64,000 bases of DNA from a virus. Shown piece by piece: positions 45,472 through 53,642 of the stretch (positions within the stretch are counted from its first letter, which is position 1; each line of letters begins with the position of its first letter). The notes under the pieces are model-generated. The model saw only the letters and a list, made by a program, of their open reading frames with translations, was not told where the DNA came from and searched no databases. Position numbers and translations under genes: made by a program. The DNA lies in the IMG/VR virus record IMGVR_UViG_3300034104_004584, positions 1 to 64,000 of that record; one strand, written 5' to 3'.

Positions 45472-45753
45472 ATGAAATACAATCAAACATCTCGTAAAGC
45501 TTACCTAGAAGATCAACTAAGAGGCATATTTACTCTTTTGGGAATTGATGAAGAAGAAATGTCGGATATAACTTTTAAAAAAATTAGAGTTAAACTAAAT
45601 CAGGTTTACCCCCTTGCTGTCCTGCCAAGCAATGCCTTAGACTACCCTTCGAACGAAGCCCTTGCTAGAGACAGAAAAAGAATAATGAATAACTCTAGAC
45701 ATATACTGTACGAATTGAATGCTATAAGAAATAGAGAAGAAAATGGCAACTGA
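45472..45753 (+). CDS. small helical protein (93 aa)
   Basis: Track ORF. Confidence 0.5.
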   Translation: MKYNQTSRKAYLEDQLRGIFTLLGIDEEEMSDITFKKIRVKLNQVYPLAVLPSNALDYPSNEALARDRKRIMNNSRHILYELNAIRNREENGN

Positions 45754-46516
45754 ACAAAGCTTTATATCAACTTCAATAAAAGCCAATAAATTAAGCAATA
45801 CTTTATTTGGTAATTTGATCACACAAGAAAAAATGAAAGACTACTGCAGCCTGGTATTAAGCCATGAAGTGGAATACTTGAATCTTGACAGAGGCGTACA
45901 GAGCATAGGCGTCTTGCCAAGTGATATACATAATTATGAGAATTTGGTAGCTTACGATAATACTTCTAATGATGGAACTGAATCATACCCATATCACGCA
46001 GTTACTGCAAGATCTATGCAGCTAGAAATGGCCATTATGTTGAATAAGCCTTCTAGCTTACTTTTCTACAATGCTTCATTTTGGTCCTACCCTGTTGATT
46101 ATCTAGAAAGCTTGCCAGTAGAAACAATATATGTTCCAAATGACGAAGATCTTTATAGAGCAGAAAATGTATATTTAAACAGAGAAGTTGATGTTGAAGT
46201 AGTTGAAAAAGCAGATTTAGATGATGGAATAATTCCAGATGGCGTAGATATGATCTGCATAAACGGAGTTAATCTTTCTAGTCAATTTGATCACACTTTA
46301 ATATCTAAGTTTTTTGAAAAACTGCCTGTAGGCGGTGTTATCTTTATAGATAATAATAATGATTTTTTGTCATACTATTTAAACAAAAGCGACACAAAAG
46401 CAGAGAATATGTCTAATCCATTATATGATCTGAATATCGCCATCAATGGCTTAGAAGACGCTTTGGTCTACCACATGCCGACTTCAATAGGGTTTACAGT
46501 AATAATTAAACAATAG
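45743..46516 (+). CDS. hypothetical protein, possibly a degenerate class I methyltransferase fold
   Basis: VDMICINGV...LPVGGVIFIDNNNDF resembles TylF/CmcI-type MTases, but the GxGxG SAM loop is not evident. Confidence 0.3.
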   Translation: MATEQSFISTSIKANKLSNTLFGNLITQEKMKDYCSLVLSHEVEYLNLDRGVQSIGVLPSDIHNYENLVAYDNTSNDGTESYPYHAVTARSMQLEMAIMLNKPSSLLFYNASFWSYPVDYLESLPVETIYVPNDEDLYRAENVYLNREVDVEVVEKADLDDGIIPDGVDMICINGVNLSSQFDHTLISKFFEKLPVGGVIFIDNNNDFLSYYLNKSDTKAENMSNPLYDLNIAINGLEDALVYHMPTSIGFTVIIKQ

Positions 46517-46569
46517 AGCATTTAATATGATCGTTGTATACGACTTCATAAAAAAAATAAGATCTTATG

Positions 46570-46578
46570 TGATATAAT
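46570..46578 (+). promoter_or_regulatory. extended -10 TGATATAAT only 7 nt before ATG 46586
   Basis: Same 9-mer and spacing class as 42217..42225. Confidence 0.35.
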
Positions 46579-46585
46579 AGTTGCT

Positions 46586-46903
46586 ATGGTCCAATCTAAT
46601 TATTCATTAAACGTAAGTGGAAAATGGAATCTTACTGTTGACACACCATTTGGCAAAGAAGAATACTCTTTAAATATATCTAATATAAATGGAAGCTTAA
46701 CTGGATCAGTTTCTCACGAAAAAGGAGAGGCCATCATAAGCGATGCATCTTTGCTAGACGGAGCATTCAAGTGCTCACTAAATGTTGATTACCCCATAAA
46801 AGCCACTGTATACTTGCAGGCAAGTGTTATCGACAGTAATAAGATGTTTGGAACGCTGCAGATTGATCAGTATTTAGAAACCTTATTTGTTGGGTCAAGA
46901 TAA
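46586..46903 (+). CDS. small beta-rich hypothetical protein (105 aa)
   Basis: Track ORF; its stop overlaps the next ATG. Confidence 0.5.
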   Translation: MVQSNYSLNVSGKWNLTVDTPFGKEEYSLNISNINGSLTGSVSHEKGEAIISDASLLDGAFKCSLNVDYPIKATVYLQASVIDSNKMFGTLQIDQYLETLFVGSR

Positions 46904-47517
46904 TGGGATTATATAACTTTACTTCCTCTTCAATACATGGAAAAGAAAACTACCTTGCTGAGTTTGATGGCAATGTAACTCTAGTGGTAAATATAGCTAG
47001 CAAGTTTGGATATGAACCCCAATGCTCAAAGCTATGGTCGTATGCAAGAACTGGAAGACAGCTTTGGCAATTGCAGTCAGTGCATGATGAGTTTAAAGAT
47101 AGGGGCTTTTCTGTTTTAGCATTTCCATGCAATCAGTTTGGTTCAATGGACCCAGGCACTAATGAGGAAATAGCAGATTTTATCAAATGCAATTATCCTT
47201 TTGTTACTTTTCCTATTTTTGAAAAAGTTGAAGTAAATGGAAAAAATGAACATGAAATATTTTCCTTTCTTAAAGGTTATGAAAAAAGAGCTTATTCTGA
47301 CTTTGCTGCAGATGGCTCAGAAGAAGCTAAGAAGGGTCAAAATTTAGCAGGTCAAGCAATGGCAAGAATCTCTCATAATTATGAAAAGTTTTTAGTGAGC
47401 AGAGATGGAATTATGATATCTAGATTTAATTGGCAGGATATGCCACTAGATGAAATTCCTAGAATTCAAGGTGCAGGCTGGACAATTAGAGAAGCAATAG
47501 ATGAGGTATTAGGGTAA
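46903..47517 (+). CDS. glutathione peroxidase homolog lacking the peroxidatic Cys
   Basis: VNIASKFGYEPQ (canonical VASKCG), FPCNQFG, HNYEKFLVSRDG (canonical WNFEKFLV). Confidence 0.75.
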   Translation: MGLYNFTSSSIHGKENYLAEFDGNVTLVVNIASKFGYEPQCSKLWSYARTGRQLWQLQSVHDEFKDRGFSVLAFPCNQFGSMDPGTNEEIADFIKCNYPFVTFPIFEKVEVNGKNEHEIFSFLKGYEKRAYSDFAADGSEEAKKGQNLAGQAMARISHNYEKFLVSRDGIMISRFNWQDMPLDEIPRIQGAGWTIREAIDEVLG

Positions 47518-48623
47518 TGGAAAATTCTAACAATAAAAAACTAAGTAGTATCGCCTATCCTGTTTCGCCAAAGATAGGTGAAGATGAGATAAAAGAAATA
47601 GCTAATTTTGAATATGAAGAGTTGGCACCTGGTGTCGTGGTCATAAAGAACGCCTTTAAAATAAACGAAGAGCTAATACTTTCTCATATCGACTCTAGAG
47701 CAGAAGAAGCACACAGAACTAGATGGACGTGGATAAAAGATGAAGAGGGACAAGAATATGGAATCAATGAAGACGGTTTTAGATACAGACCTGAAGACGT
47801 CCCCAATGCTCCCGTTAGACTACTTGATCCAGTAAATCCAGATACTGAAGAAGAGATAAAAGATTTTTTTATTTATTTAGAAAATCAAATCTACAAAGGA
47901 TTGTTAAAGTACATTGACTTTTATCCACTCATGATTGGCAGCATCTGGTGGAAAACTAGGGGCCATATTTTAAGATACGGAGATGGTGGGATACTCGGTT
48001 GTCACGCAGACAATGATACAAACTATAAGGTAACCAATGGGATTAGGTACATGCCTAAAGGAATGGTTGCGTCCAGACAAACATGTGGAGCTTTGGTTTA
48101 CTTAAATGATTCTGTTGACACAGAAGAAGAATTAAATGGAAGAAACTTTACTGGTGGAAATCTTAGATTTGTTCATTTAAAAATTTCTTACAAACCAAAA
48201 AAGGGAGACATAATATTTTTCCCAACAAATTATGTTGCGTCTCACGATGTTGAAAAAATGGGCAGTGGGGTTAGATATTCTTATTTAACATTTTTTGGAC
48301 AGGGAGCAAGTGATCAAGCTACTAATATAGTCATAACAGAACCCGATCAAAGTTTTGAATGGTGCCCTCCAGTATGGTTGAATAATATATATGATGACTA
48401 TGAAAGATTCTGTAGAACCCCATATTCATTCTGGGAGAATGCAGGAAAGTACAATTTAGAAGCAGGATGGAACCCAGTCTATCAAGGCAGAGAGATAGTT
48501 CAATATAATAAGTCACACGACGCTCTTGAATTAGAAGATAAAACTGAAGAAAACAAAGGTTCGTTGATTGGCGATAACGAATTACATGAAGGACCTTGTG
48601 GCACTAACCCTATTGAAATATGA
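47517..48623 (+). CDS. 2OG-Fe(II) oxygenase (long form, 368 aa)
   Basis: WWKTRGHILRY, HxD in GCHADND, distal SHDVEKMGSGVRYSY. Confidence 0.7.
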   Translation: MENSNNKKLSSIAYPVSPKIGEDEIKEIANFEYEELAPGVVVIKNAFKINEELILSHIDSRAEEAHRTRWTWIKDEEGQEYGINEDGFRYRPEDVPNAPVRLLDPVNPDTEEEIKDFFIYLENQIYKGLLKYIDFYPLMIGSIWWKTRGHILRYGDGGILGCHADNDTNYKVTNGIRYMPKGMVASRQTCGALVYLNDSVDTEEELNGRNFTGGNLRFVHLKISYKPKKGDIIFFPTNYVASHDVEKMGSGVRYSYLTFFGQGASDQATNIVITEPDQSFEWCPPVWLNNIYDDYERFCRTPYSFWENAGKYNLEAGWNPVYQGREIVQYNKSHDALELEDKTEENKGSLIGDNELHEGPCGTNPIEI

Positions 48624-49555
48624 AGATCTCAATAGATGATTTAAATATAGAAAAGCACGACATGGGAATAGTTGTGTTTAAAAATGTCATACAAATGAAA
48701 GAGTATGACTATGTGTTGGATAAAATTTCTTTAATGAAAAAAGAAGCTATTGAAAAAGATTACACAATTATTAATGACGAACTAGGAAAACCACTTTACG
48801 CCATCAATAGAAGTGGTCATAGATACGCAATTGATGATCTAGAAAAATCCTGTAGTCATATTATGAATTTTGTCAATGAATATAGCGATGAAAAGTATAT
48901 AAGCTTTTTTGAAATGTGTGAACAGGCACTATACCAATGCTTGATTAGATATGTGGAATTTTTTCCTATGATGCTCCCCTGCCTTTGGTGGAGAACCCAA
49001 GGTCACATAGTCGCATATGGCCCTGGGAGCAGTTTTGGGACCCATTGTGACAATGATGTAAACTACAAGCCAGGAGCTGAACCAGATCAGCAATTAGCAA
49101 TTAGAAATGTAGTTGGTGGATTGATTTATTTTAATGACTCTGTAGATGAAGATGATTTTTCTGAAAAGAAAAAAAACTACATAGGAGGAAAGATAATATT
49201 CCCGTATGCTAATTTTACTTACACTCCTAAATCTGGAGATGTAATAATGTTTCCATCCAATTATCTTGGAACACATGAGGTTGAAAATGTTACAAGAGGA
49301 GAAAGATACGCCTATGTAGGATATTTCGCTCAGGGATCAAATGATTCCTCAAAGGGGATAAACATAAGAAACCCTTCTCCTGTAATAGATAGTGGTCAAG
49401 TCTGGATGCCCGACATAGTTTCAGATTACGTTAAGAGTGTAGATCTTCGTCATTCAGATAAATCCAAAAAAGAATATAATAAACTAGTTCAGGCGTGTGA
49501 TAGACAATACACTAGCGACAATACTAATAAAGAATTGGAACATAAAAATGTTTAA
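48620..49555 (+). CDS. 2OG-Fe(II) oxygenase (long form, 311 aa)
   Basis: WWRTQGHIVAY, HxD in GTHCDND, distal THEVENVTRGERYAY. Confidence 0.7.
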   Translation: MKISIDDLNIEKHDMGIVVFKNVIQMKEYDYVLDKISLMKKEAIEKDYTIINDELGKPLYAINRSGHRYAIDDLEKSCSHIMNFVNEYSDEKYISFFEMCEQALYQCLIRYVEFFPMMLPCLWWRTQGHIVAYGPGSSFGTHCDNDVNYKPGAEPDQQLAIRNVVGGLIYFNDSVDEDDFSEKKKNYIGGKIIFPYANFTYTPKSGDVIMFPSNYLGTHEVENVTRGERYAYVGYFAQGSNDSSKGINIRNPSPVIDSGQVWMPDIVSDYVKSVDLRHSDKSKKEYNKLVQACDRQYTSDNTNKELEHKNV

Positions 49556-50426
49556 CAATGTAAAAGGAAAAAACTTAGGTGGTGGCGTTATTCTTTTCGA
49601 AAACGCAATAAATTTAGACTGGAAAAAAGTTGTAACTAAATCTTCAGACTTAATACAACAAGAGTGGGAAGATATGTATAAGCCAGCTTTAGATCCAGAA
49701 ACTGGAGAAGAAGTTTACATTAATAAAAGCGGTTACTTTTTTGGCAAAAACAATATCGACTCAATGCCGATGAGAGCATCTGCTATTCATTTAAGTGACG
49801 ATGAATATGTTCAAGATATTTTGCTACAATTAGAAGGGTGTAGAGATAAATATCTTTTGAAGTATTTAGAAATCTTTCCACTAGCATACAAATGTATATG
49901 GTGGAAGGTGAAGGGTCATATTTTAAAGTATAAAAAGGGTGTTTATTTAGGTTCACATTCTGATATAAGTGCAGATTACGTATATGATGTTTGGGAACCA
50001 AAAGATCAGTTGGCCCTTAGAAATGTTGTTACTTGTTTAATATATTTTAATTCTTCTGTATCTTCTAATGAAGAAATAAAAGATGATGAATATGTTGGTG
50101 GTTCTCATTATTTTAATTATTTAGATATTGAATATACTCCTAAAGCTGGCGATATTATGTTTTTTCCCTCTAATTACATGGCCGCACATGAAGTAAAGCC
50201 GGTTACAAGCGGCGAAAGATACTCTTACCTTGGTTGGTATAGTCAGGGCACTCCAAATCCAGCTGTACACGAATATGTAGCAGATCCAATAAAAGAACCA
50301 CAGCTAGCAACAAAGGCGACTAATGTGTATATGCCAACACTTAGAGAAGATTTTAGATCATATCTTTTAGAGTCTGGATACAGTGAAGATTCTCCACAGT
50401 TGTATATTACAAAATCAAATTATTAA
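49548..50426 (+). CDS. 2OG-Fe(II) oxygenase (long form)
   Basis: Track ORF 49497 trimmed to ATG 49548 (ATGTTTAA overlap); WWKVKGHILKY, GSHSDIS, AAHEVKPVTSGERYSY. Confidence 0.7.
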   Translation: MFNNVKGKNLGGGVILFENAINLDWKKVVTKSSDLIQQEWEDMYKPALDPETGEEVYINKSGYFFGKNNIDSMPMRASAIHLSDDEYVQDILLQLEGCRDKYLLKYLEIFPLAYKCIWWKVKGHILKYKKGVYLGSHSDISADYVYDVWEPKDQLALRNVVTCLIYFNSSVSSNEEIKDDEYVGGSHYFNYLDIEYTPKAGDIMFFPSNYMAAHEVKPVTSGERYSYLGWYSQGTPNPAVHEYVADPIKEPQLATKATNVYMPTLREDFRSYLLESGYSEDSPQLYITKSNY

Positions 50427-50435
50427 GATTTAACT

Positions 50436-51062
50436 ATGAGATATAATGAAACGGAAAGAAGTATTGACTCAAATACTACACATATATTTTATGTGGACGG
50501 ATCTCATAGACAGGGCAACAACACGCTGAGAAGATTAATGCTAGATTGCTTCCCTACAATTTCTATCAATAAACCATTAAGGCACACTGTAGATAATTTT
50601 AATCAGGCTTTATTAGATAATGACATCGTGATAGCAACACTTAGACATCCAAAAGAATCAATTAATTCTTTTTGTGGATACAAAAAAATTAACCCACTAG
50701 ACAAAAAAGAAATAACTATGTATTTAGAATTTTACAACTATCTTCATCAGTTTTTATTTTTAAATAAGAATAAAATTTACTTTATAGACTTTAATGACAT
50801 AATAACCAAACCGCATGGAATTGTAAATTATTTTAAAGATAAATTTTTAATAAAAAATAATAATGTATCAAAATATGAAAATTTAACACAAACGCCGTTT
50901 TTTACTTTTATTGACGAAAACGGTGTAGATGGTCATAATAAAACTTCAAGTTTAGACACAGAAGATAAACTATCCTGGATGTTAGAAAATAGTTATTATA
51001 AAGATTCAGAAAATTTATATAAAAGTTTATTATTAGAAAAAATTCAATTAGAGGACAAATAA
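50436..51062 (+). CDS. sulfotransferase-like protein (tentative)
   Basis: TLRHPKESINSF resembles the RxPxDxxxS 3'-phosphate-binding motif; N-terminal GSHRQGNNTL as a possible PSB loop; weak. Confidence 0.3.
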   Translation: MRYNETERSIDSNTTHIFYVDGSHRQGNNTLRRLMLDCFPTISINKPLRHTVDNFNQALLDNDIVIATLRHPKESINSFCGYKKINPLDKKEITMYLEFYNYLHQFLFLNKNKIYFIDFNDIITKPHGIVNYFKDKFLIKNNNVSKYENLTQTPFFTFIDENGVDGHNKTSSLDTEDKLSWMLENSYYKDSENLYKSLLLEKIQLEDK

Positions 51063-51868
51063 TGATATCAAAACATATAGGCATGGGTGTAGTTATCTGC
51101 GAAGAAGTTATAGATATAGATCAAAGCTTTTTGTTTGAGTACATTTCTTGGCTTAAGTCAAATCAAGAAGATACATTTACTTATGTTGAAGAAGATGGAA
51201 TTAAATACGCAGTTAACAAGACTGGTTTTAAATTTAATTTAGAACATATATCTATGGCACCACAAAGATTTGTTAACACAAAAGGCGTAGGGTTAAATAT
51301 CGAAGTGCCACAGAAATATGTAGATTTTGTAGACTCTTTAGAGAATGCAATCTATGATTGCATAGTCGAATACTGTTGCTATTTTCCCGACGCTGCATCA
51401 ACTTCTTGGTGGCGACCAACCGGTCATATAGCAGGATATGAGAATGGACAAAGAATAGGCCCACACTGTGACGATCAAGTTCCTTTTGAATGGGGAAAAC
51501 CAACAGGAAACCAAGTTTCAATGCACAATAGCTCCAGCATTAATCTATATCTTAATGACTGCGTCGATGATGTGTCTCAACTAAATGGTTTTAATTATAT
51601 TGGAGGAGAATTAAATTTTCCAAATATAGATTATAAATGGAAACCTAAAATCGGCTCCGTTGCTATTTATTCATCAAATTACCTAGGTAGGCACGAAGTG
51701 CTTCCAGTCACATCTGGTCAAAGATATGCCTACCTTAGTGTGGCTTCTTATGGAACTTCTTTCGATCAAAAAGAATATGTTGGCGAACCAAATAATCAAA
51801 AAATATGGATGAAAGACTTACAGGATGACTATCAAGAGAGATCTAAATTGAAAAAATATTCACTATAG
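51062..51868 (+). CDS. 2OG-Fe(II) oxygenase (long form, 268 aa)
   Basis: WWRPTGHIAGY, GPHCDDQ, GRHEVLPVTSGQRYAY. Confidence 0.7.
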   Translation: MISKHIGMGVVICEEVIDIDQSFLFEYISWLKSNQEDTFTYVEEDGIKYAVNKTGFKFNLEHISMAPQRFVNTKGVGLNIEVPQKYVDFVDSLENAIYDCIVEYCCYFPDAASTSWWRPTGHIAGYENGQRIGPHCDDQVPFEWGKPTGNQVSMHNSSSINLYLNDCVDDVSQLNGFNYIGGELNFPNIDYKWKPKIGSVAIYSSNYLGRHEVLPVTSGQRYAYLSVASYGTSFDQKEYVGEPNNQKIWMKDLQDDYQERSKLKKYSL

Positions 51869-51896
51869 CAACTTTAATATAAGTCAAATATCTCCT

Positions 51897-51906
51897 TTAC
51901 TATAAT
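51897..51906 (+). promoter_or_regulatory. TTACTATAAT motif (-10-like)
   Basis: 21 nt upstream of ATG 51927; AGGAG RBS follows. Confidence 0.45.
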
Positions 51907-51926
51907 AAAGAATGTAGGAGACCTTA

Positions 51927-52292
51927 ATGCTGTATAATGATTCTATATCATATAATCAACCAGGGGTTAGTTTCCTAGGAAGCGTTACCATATCAGTCCC
52001 CGGATTGAGCCTACCAATTTTAATTGGTGGAGTAAATATCTTCTTTTCAGAAGAGGTAGACTATTCAAATAATACAAGTCTTGGAATAGTTACTGTCAGT
52101 TACGCTCCTTCAGGGTCAATATCCTTACAAAGTAGCTACCAGACCTCAAATGCAGTAGTGAGCTACTCTGTAACAGAGAGTGAGTCTATAGCTCAGCTTT
52201 CAATAGAAACAGATTATGACACAGCAAATGCTATAGCAAACGCTAGTTATATTAATATAAATTCTTATTCAGAGATATCTATTGATTATTAA
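51927..52292 (+). CDS. hypothetical structural protein (121 aa)
   Basis: Track ORF; AGGAG RBS. Confidence 0.5.
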   Translation: MLYNDSISYNQPGVSFLGSVTISVPGLSLPILIGGVNIFFSEEVDYSNNTSLGIVTVSYAPSGSISLQSSYQTSNAVVSYSVTESESIAQLSIETDYDTANAIANASYININSYSEISIDY

Positions 52293-52306
52293 TTCAATTT
52301 AAAATA

Positions 52307-52316
52307 GTACTATTAT
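52307..52316 (+). promoter_or_regulatory. GTACTATTAT motif (-10-like)
   Basis: 29 nt upstream of ATG 52345; AGGAG RBS follows. Confidence 0.4.
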
Positions 52317-52344
52317 TAACAGGCGCTATGTTTTAGGAGACGAA

Positions 52345-53268
52345 ATGTCCAACACAGTTTTGGTAAATGATACTGTTAAAATAACAGTAAAGTTTATAGA
52401 CGGAAATCAAGAAGAAGTTTCCCCCTCAGATGTCATTGTCACAATAGTTGACTCTCAGGGGGAGGCGGTTACTGCTCCTACGGTAAATGAGGTTTCACCC
52501 TCAGAATATTATATTAATTTTACTCCAACCTACGCAGAGCAATATACTATATCTTTTATTGGATTAATCCCCAATGCGCCAGACATAGTTGCAAGTCAGA
52601 TTCTTTATGTTAGCGATCCAGATGAAGAGTATAAGCCAACAGTAACCTTAAGGGAAGATGAAGTAATATCATTCGGTGCCGATATATCGCCTTTATATGT
52701 TGATCCAGATGAGATACTGTTAATATTCCCAGATTCAAGCAGACTTGAAATAGCAGAAGTGATCCACGCCTACTCTCATGAGGTTAACTCTCTTTTCTCA
52801 ATTACCGCAGATACTGTTAATCCAATGGAAATTATGGCAAGCTATGGCATTCCTCCATTCTCTGTATATCAGTACATTAGAGCCTCTACAGCTTGTGAGC
52901 TAACAAGAATCTATGGTTATGGTGGAGATGATGAGTTAAGTGTTGAATTAGCAGACCTTAAAATAACAAATAGAAATACGCCACGAAGCAACATAACCAG
53001 ATCTAATGCGACTACCTGGTGCCAAATTGCAGCAGCACTTAGAAAAGAAATTGTTAACAAAAGAGTCGGCATTAAGGGAGTCCAGCCAAAAGGCCTGCCG
53101 AGATTCAAGGGCTACAGTCCAAGTGGTTCTCTGGATCCAGAAACTGGAGCATTAATATTTATCAATGACACAAACACCTACGGAAGTAGAGATATGTCTA
53201 GACCGGGTCTTCCTTCGATTCAAGGCGATGACCCAATTCCAGACAGAGGAATAAAGAGATATGATTAA
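52345..53268 (+). CDS. neck/head-tail joining candidate with Ig-like N-terminus
   Basis: 307 aa; called from position and a beta-rich N-terminus only. Confidence 0.4.
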   Translation: MSNTVLVNDTVKITVKFIDGNQEEVSPSDVIVTIVDSQGEAVTAPTVNEVSPSEYYINFTPTYAEQYTISFIGLIPNAPDIVASQILYVSDPDEEYKPTVTLREDEVISFGADISPLYVDPDEILLIFPDSSRLEIAEVIHAYSHEVNSLFSITADTVNPMEIMASYGIPPFSVYQYIRASTACELTRIYGYGGDDELSVELADLKITNRNTPRSNITRSNATTWCQIAAALRKEIVNKRVGIKGVQPKGLPRFKGYSPSGSLDPETGALIFINDTNTYGSRDMSRPGLPSIQGDDPIPDRGIKRYD

Positions 53269-53641
53269 CCCTAAGGCAACTTTTAAGAAGATACTAAAAG
53301 ACTGGGGACATGACATACTTTATCAGAGAAGGTTGTCTGATGACTTTGTTTATTCTGATACATTAGAGAGAATAACTACCAGAAATCAACTTCCAAGAAG
53401 CAGCTCTTTAATGGTTTCTCTGGAAGAACAAAAAGAAGGAAATCTCACTAATCATGATTTAATTTACTTTTTTGAAAGTAATGTAAATCCAAAGTCCGGA
53501 GATAGAATATATGAAGAGTCCTATGACTCTTTAGAAGATGCCATTATCTATCTAATTGACCTAGCCCATCCCGTAAGAGGAAGGCGTGGAGAGATAAACT
53601 TCTGGATGGTTGGAGTTACAAAAGAAAGACCAAGTTCGTAA
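53261..53641 (+). CDS. small neck/tail-completion candidate (126 aa)
   Basis: Track ORF overlapping the upstream gene end. Confidence 0.4.
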   Translation: MINPKATFKKILKDWGHDILYQRRLSDDFVYSDTLERITTRNQLPRSSSLMVSLEEQKEGNLTNHDLIYFFESNVNPKSGDRIYEESYDSLEDAIIYLIDLAHPVRGRRGEINFWMVGVTKERPSS

Positions 53642-53642
53642 A

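Noticed and set aside
39006-51868. The accessory island as a mobile element or prophage-borne cargo cassette
   Set aside because: No integrase, transposase or HNH gene, no flanking direct or inverted repeats and no tRNA are seen. Base composition and promoter motifs match the surrounding late genes.
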